Shown piece after piece: positions 12,040-34,243 of a DNA stretch of 64,000 nt. Origin of the DNA: Zootoca vivipara (taxonomy: Eukaryota); contig NC_083277.1 of assembly GCF_963506605.1 (NCBI RefSeq), forward strand, positions 3,906,001 through 3,970,000. The letters are read 5' to 3'. Below the pieces are notes generated by a model. That model had not been told where the DNA came from. It made no database searches and was given only the letters and a program-made list of their open reading frames with translations. Each line of letters starts with the position of its first letter. Position 1 is the first letter of the stretch. The position numbers and the translations under genes are program-made.

Positions 12040-15000
12040 ATGGCCTCCGAGGCACCGCCTGTAGAAGGATCAGAAAGAGCTGCCAGGCAGCCATCCCAGG
12101 TAAGGAAAGGATTGTTTTGGGAGAGGCAAGAATGAGCAGCTTGGATTGAGTCTCTGTGGGCTGAGTGGGGGGGGGGGGCTCTGAAAGAATATGTCTTTTT
12201 ATAATACTAATAAAAATATTTATTTAAAGTTATTGTTATTATTATTATTATTAATTTACACCCCGCCCATCTGGCTGGGTTTCCCCGGCCCCTCTGGGCG
12301 GCTTCCAACAAATATAAAGTTCATAAAGTACATAATTATATGTGCACTAAACATGGTGAGACATAAACAAAAAGAGAAACCAAACCCGTGTAGAAGGGAA
12401 AATAAAGGGGGGAGGGGGGAAACCCCAAACTGCATACTTTGCAAGGTAGTTATTGTATTTCACCAGATCGTTTCCTATTACAGTATTTGCAAGCAGGGGC
12501 AGAGCAAAGGGGGGGCGGGAGGCAGATCGCCTTGGGTGCCATCTTTGAGGGGGTGACAAGAAGGCACCCCATGGGGGGCTCACCCCGCCACCATCATGCT
12601 ACCCAAGACGCGTGCAGAGGATCCTCCGCTGCGGCTGCACCCTCCGCCGCTGTCCGTACGACCCTTGGGCGGCGCCATTGGCAATCCACCTGGGGGCGCG
12701 TGCTCGTGCGCCGTACAGATGGTGCATGTGTGGTGCCGCTCGAGCTCTGTACGCGAGCTCTGTTTGCAAGAATGGATTCCAAATATCATCGAAGTTCTCC
12801 ATGGCAAGTCTGCATTTATATGCAAGTTGTTCATATGTTGTGAGTTTGTATAAGTCTCCAATCCAATCGTAGAAGGGAGCCACATTTTTATTTTTCCAAT
12901 TCATCAGTATCGGTCTTTTTGCTGTGCTAAGGGCACTGAGAGTCCACTCATATTGTCCTTTTGTAAGGTTCTATGTGCTGGGTATATAATTTTATATATA
13001 ACTATCTGGCCCGGCCACGCGTTGCTGGGGCTCAGTCTGTTAAATGGACCCTCAGAGTCCCCCACCAGACTCCCCTCACCTTCAGAGTCCCCATTCATTT
13101 TGTTGAAATGTTTTACGCGTGTTCTGTTTACACAGACTCATCCCTGTGACTCCCCCCACCCTGTCCCGACCCATGACCTATCCTGCCCCCTCCTCCCCCC
13201 ACCCCGGCTCATCCCTGTGGTTGTCCCCACCCTAACCCGACCCATGAGGTATGCCGCCCCCTCCTCCCCCCACCTCCCGGCTTATCCTTGTGGCTGGGCA
13301 TACCCTGTCCCAACCCATGACCTATCCCGTATCTGAAGAAGTGTGCATGCACACAAAAGCTTATACCAAAATAAAAACTTAGTTGGTCTTTAAGGTGCTA
13401 CTGAAGGAATTTTTTTATTTTACTTCGACCCAGACCAACACGGCTACCTACCTGTAAATATATACGTGTGTTTGTGTGTGCGTATAGATATAAATACAGT
13501 GGTACCTCTACTTACGAATAACTCTACTTACGAATGTTTCTACTTACGAATGGAGCTCCGTCCGCCATCTTGTATGCGGTTTAGATAGGATTTTTTCTAC
13601 TTACGAATTTTTAGATAGGGTTGCTTCTACTTACGAATTTTTTCTCCCAATGCATTCCTATGGGATTCGACTTACAATTTTTTTCGACTTACAAATGTGC
13701 ATTCGGAACGCATTAAATTCGTAAGTAGAGGTACCACTGTACACTATATAGATATAGATATATAATGCCTTGTTGTCTCCACGTTTGGCGTTATATCAGA
13801 ACATCCTGCCAGATGGGGCCAAGGGCCCATCTAGTCCTGCGTCCTGTTCTCACAGGTGCCACACAGGTGCCTGTGGGAAGCCCTGCAGGTGAGACCTGAG
13901 TCCAATAGCCCTCTCCCCTCTTGTGATTCCCAGCAGGTATACTGCTTCAAATTTTGGAAGCCGGCGATAGCTGTCCTGGCTTGTAGCCACTGAGAGCTTT
14001 TACTCTCCTTGAATTTGTCAAGTACTCTTTCCGAGCCAACGATCTTGGTGGCCATCATCGAAAGATCTCAAAGGGAGAACATCCAACCACTGTGTTACCC
14101 TTCCTATCAGGAGGGTGGTGCATGGTGAATCTGTTACCGTGTTTTTCCTACTTCCAGGGCCTGATGACCTTCCAGGCTCTCTTAACCTTTGAGGAGGTGG
14201 CTGTGTTTTTCACAGAAGAGGAGTGGGCCCTGCTGGATCCTGGCCAAAGGGCTCTGCACAGGGAAGTCATGGAGGACAATTATGAGATGGTGGCCTCGCT
14301 TGGTAAGGACACTTTTTTTCCTTGGTTGCTGCTTTATTCTGAAGGTATAGATTTGCTATTTGTGGCATTTATTCCTGTACTGCAGGGATGCTATCGTGGA
14401 AATGGGCATGCGGGGCATGTGTAGCTTGGTGGGAGAACACCTGGTTGGCTCACAAAAGATCTTAGTTTCAGTGTCTGGCATCCCCTGGGAAGCTGGGTAG
14501 GATCAGGTAAGAGGGAACAAGCTTGTTTTCTCCTGCTCCAGAGAAGCAATGGATTCAAGTCACAGGAAAGGAGATTTCAGCTAAATATACAGGAAAACAT
14601 TCTGACAGAAAGAGCTGTTCAGCAGTGGACCGGTCTCCCACAAGAGGTGGTGGGCTCTCCTTCCTTGGAGGCTTTTTAAGCAGAGGTTGCATGGCTACCT
14701 GTCATGGATGCTTGAGCTGAGATTCCTGCACTGTGGGGGGTTGGACTAGATGATCCCTTGGGACCCCTCCCAACTCTACAATTCTATGATTCTAGGCCAG
14801 GCATCCCCAAACTGCGGCCCTCCAGATGTTTTGGCCTACAACTCCCATGATCCCTAGCTAACAGGACCAGTGGTCGGGGAAGATGGGAATTGTAGTCCAA
14901 AACATCTGGAGGGCCGAAGTTTGGGGATGCCTGTTCTAGGCAGTAGGTTCTGCAAAAAGTCTTCCTTTGAGATTTTTTCTTTTTTCTTTATTAAATTTGT

Positions 15001-18000
15001 ATACTGCCCTTCATCTGCAGATCTCAGGGTGGTTCACATCATGAAAAGCAAAATACATAGTACATGATAAAAACAAAACGGCCTCCGCCCAGTATACCTG
15101 AGGGAGCGTCTCCGCCTACATTGCTCAGCCTGGACACTGAGGCCCAGCTCCGAGGGCCTTCTGGTGGTTCCAAGGAACCGGGCAGAGGGCCTTCTCAGTA
15201 GTGGCACCCGCCCTGTGGAACACCCTCCCATGAGATGTCAAGGAAATAAACAACTATCTGACTTTTAGAAGATATCTGAAGGCAACCCTGTTTAGGAAGT
15301 TTTTTATGTTTGATGTTTTATTGCTTTTTATTATTATTAATAATAATAATATTCTGTTGGGAGCTGCCCAGGTGGGCGGGGTATGTATAAATAAATAAAC
15401 AATAAACACAATAGCCTCCTGGCCCACCCCACCCCCTCCAATAAACACATATAAAAGTGTATAGGTTGTTAATCAGCTAAAGGCCTGGTTGAAGAGGAAC
15501 GTTTTTGCCTGGCCCCTAAAGGTGTATCATGAAGGCGCCAGGTGAACCTCCCCGGGGAGAGCATTCTACAGATGGGGAGCCACTGCAAAGAAGTCCCTGT
15601 TCCCTATTTAGGGCCTCAGGACCATTCAGGATAGCTCAGGGCAGCAATACATCAAGGACCGCCTCTTTACATCTGAACCTACCTGGACCTTGAGATCATC
15701 TTTTGAGGCCTTTCTTTGTGGGAATGGATGGGGATTGGACCATTTCTGACTCCACAAATCTATTGCAGCAGCTTGAATTTTAATCTCCATAAAATAAAGA
15801 TTTCCCACGGAATAGTAACTTTGAAGGGTACCCCAGGCTTGCTTTTGGAGGAGAAGGACTGGCTCCCAGGCTGATTTTACATTCAGTGCGATAAAATGAT
15901 AGCAGTTCCAATGAAAACAGCTGGATTATTACATTCCACAGCAGCATTCCATAGTGATCTTGCTGGGACACAGGACACAGACGTGTTCTATTCACTCCAT
16001 GCAGAAGTCGCAAAATCAAAATAATACCTCTTGTTAGCTTTTAAAAGGCTCAATTTCGAATTGCTTAGTATTATGTGACCAAACATAAGCCCCCTTCTCT
16101 GATTCCTTGACAGAGTCAGACCTCAATTCCTGTTGGAAAGGAGAAGATCTGTTGGGAAGGAGAAGAGAGACATCATCTGGTAGGAATTAATTTTGTTTGG
16201 GAGCCATCTTCATAATTTACTCACCTGTCTGCTACGTTGAAAGCAGTTTCCAAACCAAGCTTCATTTCAGGGCCCTGGTGACATGTTTTTTATGTAGATG
16301 GTCTTAGAAGAAGAAGAAGAGTTTGGATTTGATATCCCATTTTATCACTACCCTAAGGAGTCTCAAAGAGGCTAACATTCTCCTTTCCCTTCCTCCCCCA
16401 CAACAAACACTCTGTGAGGTGAGTGAGGCTGAGAGCCTCCAGAGAGAAGTGTGACTAGCCCAAGGTCACCCAGCAGCTGCATGTGGAGGAGCGGAGACAC
16501 AAACCCGGTTCCCCAGATTATGAGTCCACCGCTCTTAACCACTAAACCACACCTAGGTTTAATCCCTGGAATTTTGTGACTGCCACTAAAGTCATTGGGA
16601 TCACAGAGCAGGCAGTGATCTTCCCAGTTTGGCCTCTTTCCCAGCTTTCCTAGACGTCTGTTATTCTCCTTATTCTTGTAGAAATGTATATACCACTGTT
16701 GTTGGAAAGGAGAAGATATCATGCACATCTAATTTTAATGACATCATGTGGTATATGGACCAGAAAGGAATAAGAGGTTGTGTGGGATTCTGGAATGTTC
16801 AAAAGGTGACCTTGATTTCAGCAGGTCAATCACAGGGGGCAATCACAGAGATGCAAAAAATCTGAGAAACACCTAATTGGGCTCAGTCTGTGATTGTTTC
16901 TGCCTTGAAATTAAATGTGATTCTTCTTAAAAGCAAGGTACAATAAAATACAAATTTACAAATACTAATACAGTGGTACCTTGACATCCGAATGACTCAA
17001 CTTCCGAAGGTTTCAACTTACGAAGTCGGCAGACCCAGAAGTCTTTTTGCCGTGCGCGCATTCTGCGCATGCGCAGAAGTGCACAATCGCGCATGCGCAA
17101 AACAGACGCTTTGACGACCAAATACTTTGACTTACGAAGAGCACCACGGAACGGATTGCCTTCGTAAGTCGAGGCACTACTGTAGTATTAAAACAAATTG
17201 AAGGCAGCAAAGGACTACAGTATTATCAATAAACTTATTATTCCAGGGATTACAAAGAATACCCATCTTTCAGTGTCTTACCAGGTTGAATTATGTGTAC
17301 TTCTATAATAAGCTAATATAATCATTGTTATTATTGACCAGATCTTATCAAACTATTCATATACAACAAGAGATGTACCGTAGTTTTCAGTGTATGAGAC
17401 GAGGTTTTTTTTTTATTTAAAAAATCGTTTGAAAAATTTGGGGGAGTCTTATACAGTGGTACCTCGGGTTAAGAACTTAATTTGTTCCGGAGGTCCGTTC
17501 TTAACCTGAAACTGTTCTTAACCTGAAGCACCACTTTAGCTAATGGGACCTCCTGCTGCTGCCGCGCCGCCAGAGCACGATTTCTGTTCTCATCCTGAAG
17601 CAAAGTTCTTAACCCGAGGTACGATTTCTGGGTTAGCGGAGTCTGTAACCTGAAGTGTCTGTAACCCGAGGTACCACTGTACATGAATAGTGCATAGTGG
17701 GGATGTGGGATTCGTTGCTTCCGCAAGCTGGAGATATTAAGCGACTATAGGTCATGTTATTGGTGGCTGCGGCAAGGGCTGCGGTTGATTGGCTGTCGCT
17801 GCGGCAATTGGGCGGGTAATCGGCGGCTTCTGCTGATGGTGTGATATACAATAGTTGGCTTTTGCGACACATGCGTGTGGCAGCGTCGGTCAGGTGGGTG
17901 AGCGATTTTCTGCAATCCCTCCTATAAAAAAAAGCTCAACAACTGTGAGCAATCTCCCCCCATTTTCTTAATTGTGAGTCCCCCAAAATAGGGGTTGTCT

Positions 18001-19392
18001 TATACACGTTCTCGAAGCTATGAACATGAGTTTGACCAAACTGCAGGAGGCAGTGCAAGACAGGAGTGCCTGGCGTGCTATGGTCCATGGGGTCACGAAG
18101 AGTCGGACATGACTAAACGACTAAACAACAACAACTTATACACGGGGACGTGTTATACACTGAAAAAATGGTACTTTCCCCCTAGTTCTTGGGAATAATT
18201 TTTTCTGTTTTAGTGATTTAAATAAATGTAAATAAATAAATGTATTACACGAGTAAACGACTAAACAACAACAACTTATACACGGGGACGTGTTATACAC
18301 TGAAAAAATGGTACTTTCCCCCTAGTTCTTGGGAATATTTTTTTTCTGTTTTAGTGATTTAAATAAATGTAAATAAATAAATGTATTACACGACTAAACA
18401 ACAACAACTTATACACGGGGACGTGTTATACACTGAAAAAATGGTACTTTCCCCCTAGTTCTTGGGAATATTTTTTTCTGTTTTAGTGATTTAAATAAAT
18501 GTAAATAAACAAATGTATTACACGACTAAACGACTAAACAACAACAACTTATACACGGGGACGTGTTATACACTGAAAAAATGGTACTTTCCCCCTGGTT
18601 CTTGGGAATAATTTTTCTGTTTAGTGATTGAAATAAATGTAAATAAATAAATGTATTACATTTTTAAAGGATGAAAAAGAAAAGAGATAAAACATGTTTT
18701 CCCCTTTCCTTCCACACTCTGCAGATGATGTACAAAACAACGAGCTACATAGGGAACCACATACGGAGGCAGCAGCAGCAGCCAAGCCTGAAGTTGGAAA
18801 AGAGGTGCTTGGAAATCACAAGGGACCCAGAATGCCTGAAAAAAGAACATACACCGTGATGGAATCATATACATGTATGGAGTGTGGAAAGAGCTTCAGT
18901 CTGAGCTGTAACCTTATTACACATCAGAAAACCCACGCAAGGGAGAAGCCATTTAAATGCAGGGAGTGTGGAAAGTGCTTTAATAGGAGGAGTAGCCTTT
19001 GCAGACATTTGAGAACCCACACAGGAGAGAAACCATTTGAATGCATGGAATGTGGAATGAAATTTAGAGCGAACAGTAACCTTACTGAACATCAAACAAT
19101 CCACACAGGGGAGAAGCGGTATCAATGCATGGAATGTGGAATGAGATTTAGAGTGAGCAGTAATCTTACTACACATCAAAGGACGCACACCGGGGAGAAG
19201 CCATTTAAATGCATGGAGTGTGGAAAGAGCTTTACACAGAGCAGTAAACTTACTGTACATCAAAGGAAACACTCTGGGGAGAAGCCGTTTAAATGTGTGG
19301 AGTGCGGAAAGAGCTTTACACAGAGCGGTAGCCTTACTAAACATCAAAGAACCCACACACGGGAGAAGACGTTTGAATGCATAGAGTGTTGA
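12040..19392 (+). CDS. G2 KRAB-A/B zinc-finger protein, ~306 aa, 6 C2H2 fingers; exons 12040-12099, 14176(or 14158)-14302, 16114-16179, 18725-19392
   Basis: ATG exon MASEAPP...PSQ|gtaagg; [39 protein letters not shown]; KRAB-B-like [12 protein letters not shown]; consistent phases 0/1/1; ZNF ORF in the ORF track. Confidence 0.88.
13497..13739. mobile_element. Tigger/pogo-like MITE
   Basis: TIR cagtggtacctctacttacgaa, TA TSD. Related elements at 16971-17182, 17454-17679, 34847-35077 and 50153-50393. Confidence 0.85.
14798..14933. mobile_element. hAT MITE (~135 bp)
   Basis: TIR caggcatccccaaact, 8-bp TSD ttctaggc. Related copies at 11733-11862, 19602-19736, 19828-19963, ~23100-23210 and 42100-42235. 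Confidence 0.9.
16330..16555 (-). mobile_element. tRNA-derived SINE
   Basis: Minus-strand gtgtggtttagtggttaagagc (A box) and B-box-like head; (TTC)n tail. Confidence 0.75.
17378..18171. mobile_element. Tc2/mariner-like non-autonomous element with nested Tigger MITE (17454-17679) and BovB tail (~18009-18134)
   Basis: Imperfect TIRs ccgtagttttcagtgtatgagacg / cgtgttatacactgaaaaaatgg with TA flanks. The BovB insert has TSD cttatacacg. Confidence 0.7.
18114..18660. repeat. Four-copy tandem repeat, 133-140 bp unit
   Basis: Unit cgactaaacaacaacaacttatacacgggg...aaatgtattaca starts at ~18118, 18258, 18391 and 18531. Confidence 0.95.
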
Positions 19393-19600
19393 GAGCACCC
19401 AAGTCTGAGTAGTCAGCGTACTCATCATAAAAGAACTCACAGAGGGGAGAAACCATTTAAATGCAGAGAGTGGAGAAAGACCTCTTGGCAGAGTACTCAC
19501 CTCATTCATCATCAGAGAATCTACAGCGGGGAGAAACTATTTAAATGCATGGAATGTGGAATCAGTTAGAGTAGTCAGCTTACTTATCAGAGAATCTACA
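19393..19600 (+). pseudogene. Decayed zinc-finger remnants downstream of the G2 stop
   Basis: ggggagaaaccatttaaatgc-type linkers continue after CIEC-TGA with frameshifts. Confidence 0.75.
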
Positions 19601-20095
19601 TCAGGCATCCCCAAACTGCGGCCCTCCAGATGTTTTGGCCTACAACTCCCATGATCCCTAGCTAACAAGACCAGTGGTCGGAGAATATGGGAATTGTAGT
19701 CCAAAGCATGTGGCGGGCCGAAGTTTGGGATGCCTGATCTACATAGAGGGGCCTCTGGGGAAAGCTATAGCACTGGAGAAAATCTCTGATTAAGACCTTG
19801 AGGGATTCACTGTTTGTTGTGGTGTACCAGGCACCCCCAAACTTCGGCCCTCCAGATGTTTTTGGACTACAATTCCCATCTTCCCTGACCACTGGTCCTG
19901 TTAGCTAGGGATCATGGGAGTTGTAGGCCAAAACATCTGGAGGGCCGCAGTTTGGGGATGCCTGTGGTACACAGTCCTGAGCTTCCTATGGAATTCTGTT
20001 ATTCCAAGTAAAAGCAACAAGATGTTGGTTTGAAGAAATCCTGCTTATGGCTGCCTCTTTATAACGCCTCTTTATAACAGCCTAGTCCCCTACAC

Positions 20096-20633
20096 CAGCG
20101 TTTCTCAACCGCTGTTCCGCAGCACACTAGTGTGCCACGAGACGCTGGCTGGTGTGCCGCGACGTGCGACGACGAGAAGGGCGATTTGCATTGTCACGTG
20201 CCTAGCGGCCGCCAATAAGCATCACTGACCCGCCGGAAAGCAATATTTCTCTTCCTCTTTCCCAAAGCTCAGTGCAAACGAGCCTGGCGGCCGCCAATAC
20301 ACAACACTGACCCACCGGAAAGCAATATTTCTCCTCCTCTTTCCCAAAGCTCACTGCAAACGAGCCTGGCGGCCGCCAATACCCAGCACTGACCCACCGG
20401 AAAGCAATATTTCTCCTCCTCTTTCCCAAAGCTCAGTGCAAACGAGCCTGGCGGCCGCCAATACGCTACACTGACCCGCCGGAAACCAATATTTGGCAAG
20501 TGTTTCTTACAGTCATAATTATAATATAGGGTGGCACAGAGTTAAATTTTTTAACTTTTTTAATGGTGGTGTGCCTCGTGATTTTTTTCACGGAACAAGT
20601 GTGCCGTGGCCCCAAAAAGGTTGAGAAACACTG
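20096..20633. mobile_element. hAT (Charlie-like) MITE with internal ~85-bp minisatellite (20203-20490)
   Basis: TIR cagcgtttctcaacc / ggttgagaaacactg; near-perfect 8-bp TSD ccctacac/ctctacac. Confidence 0.85.
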
Positions 20634-21004
20634 CTCTACACAACCCAGGAATCGTCCATAATCTATAGCCTTGGTTCTCAAGCTCCTCTCTTCAAGGGCT
20701 GTCCTGAGTGACTGAGCAACTGCTGAGCGTATTTCTGGACCACGTAATGATTATTCTGAAGTTTAGCAATCATAACGTACTGTTCCAGATGCTGTATAAG
20801 GAATTCCGTTTTCAAACCAACAAAATTCAGTGACAAATAAAGCAATTATTGTGTGTGCTTTTTTTTTTTTAATGCTGTGTGCTTGCATGCTACCTTAAGC
20901 TGGGGATAACTAGGATGCTATCGAAGCACATCAGTCTGTCCCCACTTGCCTTTAATGAGGGAAGCTCCAAGTCTGAATTCAGTGGAAGTCAAACTGTGGA
21001 CAAG

Positions 21005-21656
21005 GGGCAGGTAGGTAGCTGTGTAGGTCTGAGTCGAAACAAAATAAAAAAAATCCTTCAGTAGCACCTTAAAGACCAACACTGAAGTTAGATACACTGT
21101 TAGATACACTGAAACAGAAGCCGCCAGACCCTTATGTATATTCAGAGGGTGGGGGGTGGGGGTGATGGGCTGATAGGAGTGGTAAACCTGTTGATGACTG
21201 TTAATGACTGTTAATGACTGCAATTGGTCTTGCAGGGGAATAGCAAGGGCTCAGGTGCTAAGGAAAGCTTGATTATGTATAATGAGATAAGGAAAGCATG
21301 ATCATGTATAATGAGATAAGGAAAGCTTGATCATGTATAATGAGATAAGATAACAAAGACATAGGATTCTTATCTCATTATACATGATCAAGCTTTCCTT
21401 AGCACCTCAGCCCTTGCTCCCCCCCCCCGCAAGACCAATTGCAGTCATTAACAGTCGTTAACAGTCATCAGGTTTACCACTCTTCAGCCCATCACCCATT
21501 CCCATCACCCCCACCCCCCACCCTCTGAATATACATAAGGGTCTGGTGGATTCTGTCTCAGTGTATCTGACGAAGTGTGCATGCACACGAAAGCTCATAC
21601 CAAAATAAAAACTTAGTTGGTCTTTAAGGTGCTACTGAAGGTTTTTTTTTTATTTT
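21005..21656. mobile_element. Penelope-like element: inverted pLTR pair
   Basis: 21040-21290 is the reverse complement of 21370-21656; hammerhead motif at 21563-21600. Confidence 0.85.
21563..21600 (+). ncRNA. Minimal hammerhead ribozyme motif (Penelope pLTR)
   Basis: gtat-CTGACGA-a-gtgtgcatgcacac-GAAA-gctc-atac: conserved core, stem II hairpin, stem I gtat/atac. Confidence 0.75.
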
Positions 21657-22189
21657 GTGGACAAGGGGGGCAGGCCCTTTTATGCTCACCTACTGGTCAA
21701 AACATTGGGTCCTGAGCCACAGGCTGCCTGCTTCATCACATCTTTTCCACATGGTGACTTGACCTTATTTTCAGTAATTTGGTTAACATTCCATCATGTG
21801 ACCGTTTTGGCAGACCTAGTTCCCCTTTCATATAGATTGCAGGGTGGCATTTTTATGTGTTACTTGTAGCTTGCCTCTGGGGTTTTCTTTGGGGGGGGGG
21901 TAGGTAGGTAGGTAGGGGGCACATGTTATGTAAACCAAGGCCTGCCATGTTACATAACGGAGAGCCATTGCTCATCAATGAAAAAGAAAGCAGTGGTTTT
22001 TCTTTGGCTTGAACCTCTGCAGGGGAGCGACCCTGTAGCTTTGCCATGGTGAATTCTAGGGCTTGGCCAGGCTGGGCCACAGTGGGGCAAAATGTGAAGC
22101 GGGTACAAAGATGGCTGCTTGGGATGTGACAAGACATACTTCCTCCTGAAGTGGTATTTCCTGATTCAGAGCTGAATTCTGGTAGCAAG

Positions 22190-22278
22190 CATAGTTGTCA
22201 AGTTTTCCCTTTTCTCGCGAGGAAGCCTATTCAGCATAAGGGAATTTCCCTTTAAAAAAGGGAGAACTTGACAGCTAT
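22190..22278. mobile_element. Short hAT MITE (catagctgccaag family)
   Basis: TIRs with 8-bp TSD gtagcaag. Relatives at 46885-46974 (TSD tcaaagaa) and 49713-50045 (TSD ctacccta). Confidence 0.85.
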
Positions 22279-22639
22279 GGTAGCAAGTGGATGCCTGGGG
22301 GAATTGGAATTAGCCTGCAAGCTGGCAAAGCTTGCCACAAGTCAAGAATATGCAACAGCAGCAGCAAAAAAGAAAGAAAGAAACCGCAAGTCGAGCTCTT
22401 CTTCAGACCTGTGCTCGGCTAACTCAACTAAAATATGGTGGGCTGAGATAAAACATCTACACATGATCGCTCCTTTGCTATGCAATACAGAAGTAGAGTC
22501 GGAAGGGACCCCCTGCAATGCGGGTCATATTGTGACACCTTCCCTGCTTGGGAGACTGCTGGCTAGCGCTTTTTGATTTCTGTTTTTTCCCCTACGTGCT
22601 TTTTTTTTAAAAAAAACAACTCCCTAAAAGCGTTTTAAA

Positions 22640-22821
22640 AGCTCGCGTTTGTTTGTGCGTGAATGCGCGCGCGCCTTAAGTTCAGCGAAGGGTTAATTCA
22701 TCGAGCTCTGCTTCCTAGAGGGGCAGGAAGTTGGCATCGGATGGAAGGAGCGGGGCTTTGCCCATATTGCTTCCTCCGGGTTCCGGACGGCGGAAGGGAA
22801 CTGCTGGACCGGGCGCTACAG
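22640..22821 (+). promoter_or_regulatory. G3 promoter and non-coding first exon
   Basis: CpG cluster; TTCCTAGAG-n5-GGAAG at 22712-22730; ETS-like CGGAAG; donor cag|gtgaga after 22821. Confidence 0.65.
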
Positions 22822-24019
22822 GTGAGAAGAGGTGTCAGGTAGGAGGGAGGGAGGGAAGGGAAGGATTTAGGGCGGGGGGGGTGTGGTGTTGGAGCTGGAA
22901 GGAAGAGAAGGGACCCCACCCCACTTCCTTCCCATTCCTCCTCAGATCCTTTCTAAAGGGGACCTGGCCCGGTAAGGAAGTCAGAAATCGCTCTCAATTT
23001 GGTGGATGCTCTGAGTCGGGCTGGGACGGAACTCTTTTCGGAACCAGGAGTGGAGACGAGGTTGGAGGAGGACCGAGATGGCCAGGCTGACCGGGGGTCG
23101 TGCTGTTTCTGGACTACAACTCCCATCATCCCTAGCTAACAGGACCGGTGGCCAGGGATGATGGGAATTGTAGTCCAGAAACAGCTGGAGACCCAAGCTT
23201 GGAAATCACTGATCTATGTATATATGATCTGCGAATGTCATGTTGCGTCCGCTGCGGGTTGCGTCTTTTCAAGATAAGAACGCGGCAAACCTGGAAGTGT
23301 TTCGCCACACGTGCATGCGCAGAAGCGTTCTGCACGCTTCACGCATGCACAAAAGCGCCGTTCTAGTTACGGACTTTTCGGGGTACAAATGGCACCCCAG
23401 AATGGATCGAGTCTGTAACTAGAGGTACTGCTGTATATGATCTGTGAATGACATGTCCTACCAGTAGTAGTACTGTAGTAGTAGTAATAATAATAATAAT
23501 AATAATAATAAATTTATTATTTATACCCTGCCCATCTGGCTGGGTTTCCTCAGCCACATTGGGCAGCTCCCAACAGAATATTAAAAACACAATAAAACAT
23601 CAAACATTAAAAACTTCCCTAACCAAGGCTGCCTTCAGATGTCTTCTAAAAGTCAGATAGTTGTTTATTCCCTTGACATCTGGTGGGAGGGCATTCCACA
23701 AGGTGGGCACCACCACCAAGAAGGCCCTCTGCCTGGTTCCCTGTAACTTCACTTCTCGCAGTGAGGGAACCCCCAGAAGGCCCTCGGAGCTGGCCCTCAG
23801 TGAGCTCAGTGGTCTCTTTTCATTTGCTTGTGTGTTTGTTTACTGTATTATAGCAGAGGTTGGAGATGGCTGACACCCCTCCAATCTCCTGTTTCTCCCC
23901 TGCAGGCGCTGGGATGACCTCGCTTGACGGCTGCAACATGCTTTGAAGTGCACCGGGGGAGCAGCTGTGACAGTCCCGGGAGTGGCCCGGTTCCTCCTTC
24001 ATGCCCTGAAGGCAGGGCT

Positions 24020-33090
<9,071 letters not shown>

Positions 33091-33805
33091 GGTATTTTAA
33101 AAACTGAAGTGTGGTCCCAATATTTTTATTGTACTGTATAAACAAACAGGTAAGTGTGATTTATTCATACGCCTTTTTAAACAAACTTTGCAGGTTTTTT
33201 TGTCCTTGTCACAGAACTCATAACAAATTGATAGTAATCTTGGCAAATAAATTAGTGTTACAGGTTACCGTAATAATAGCTGCCACCTTCTTGTAATTGG
33301 TTTATCGCTTTAGCATAAGGCAGGGCCGAAAATAGGTTTTTTGTCACCTGGGTCAAAGGCCCAGTTTGGTCCCCTGCCTCCCGGATGTGTGTTTGCGTAC
33401 ATACACATACAAATAAAAATAAACACACAAACACATCAACACATTTATTCTTAAAGGGCATAAAAAGTAGGCAGTATATCATTTGAATACAAAGGAATTC
33501 TAAGAAGTATTATGACTGTATTGCCAAAGGGCCAATGAGCATCCCTTTCAGTAAAAGCAAATTATTTGTCAAAAGTTCCATGTGCAGCAATTGTCTATCT
33601 GAGGTCAGGTTTTGAATTGGATTTATTTGGTCACAGGATCATTAAAAGACTGCATTTCCATAAGATCAGCCAAGACCCTCTGGTTTCCTTTTAAAATGCT
33701 CCCCCCCCTCGTTGCGGCTTTTTGCCACCCACCCTTCTTATTGGTTCTGTGCAAACCCTTTCAAGGAGTTTTGACGTGTGAATTTACTCCTGAGTAAGCT
33801 TCAAC

Positions 33806-34243
33806 AAGCTGGACCATGAAGAAGGCTGATCGCCGAAGAATTGATGCTTTTGAATTATGGTGCTGGAGGACTCCCTTCAGAGACCCATGGACTGCAAGAA
33901 GATCAAACCTATCCATTCTGAAGGAAATCAGCCCCGAGTGCTCACTGGAAGGACAGATCCTGAAGCTGAGTGCTCACTGGAAGGACGGATCCTGAAGCTG
34001 AGGCTCCAATACTTTGGCCACCTCATGAGAAGAGAAGACTCCCTGGAAAAGACCCTGATGTTGGGAAAGATTGAGGGCAGAAGGAGAAGGGGACGACAGA
34101 GGACAAGATGGTTGGACAGTGTTCTCAAAGCTACGAACATGAGTTTGACCAAACTGCGGGAGGCAGTGGAAGACAGGAGTGCCTGGCGTGCTCTGGTCCA
34201 TGGGGTCACGAAGAGTCAGACACGACTAAACGACTAAACAACA
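33806..34243 (+). mobile_element. BovB/RTE 3' fragment
   Basis: TSD aagcttcaacaa; matches the 3' end of the 29.5-kb copy. Confidence 0.9.

Noticed and set aside
18114-18660. CRISPR-like array
   Set aside because: Whole units are repeated with no unique spacers, and the context is vertebrate.
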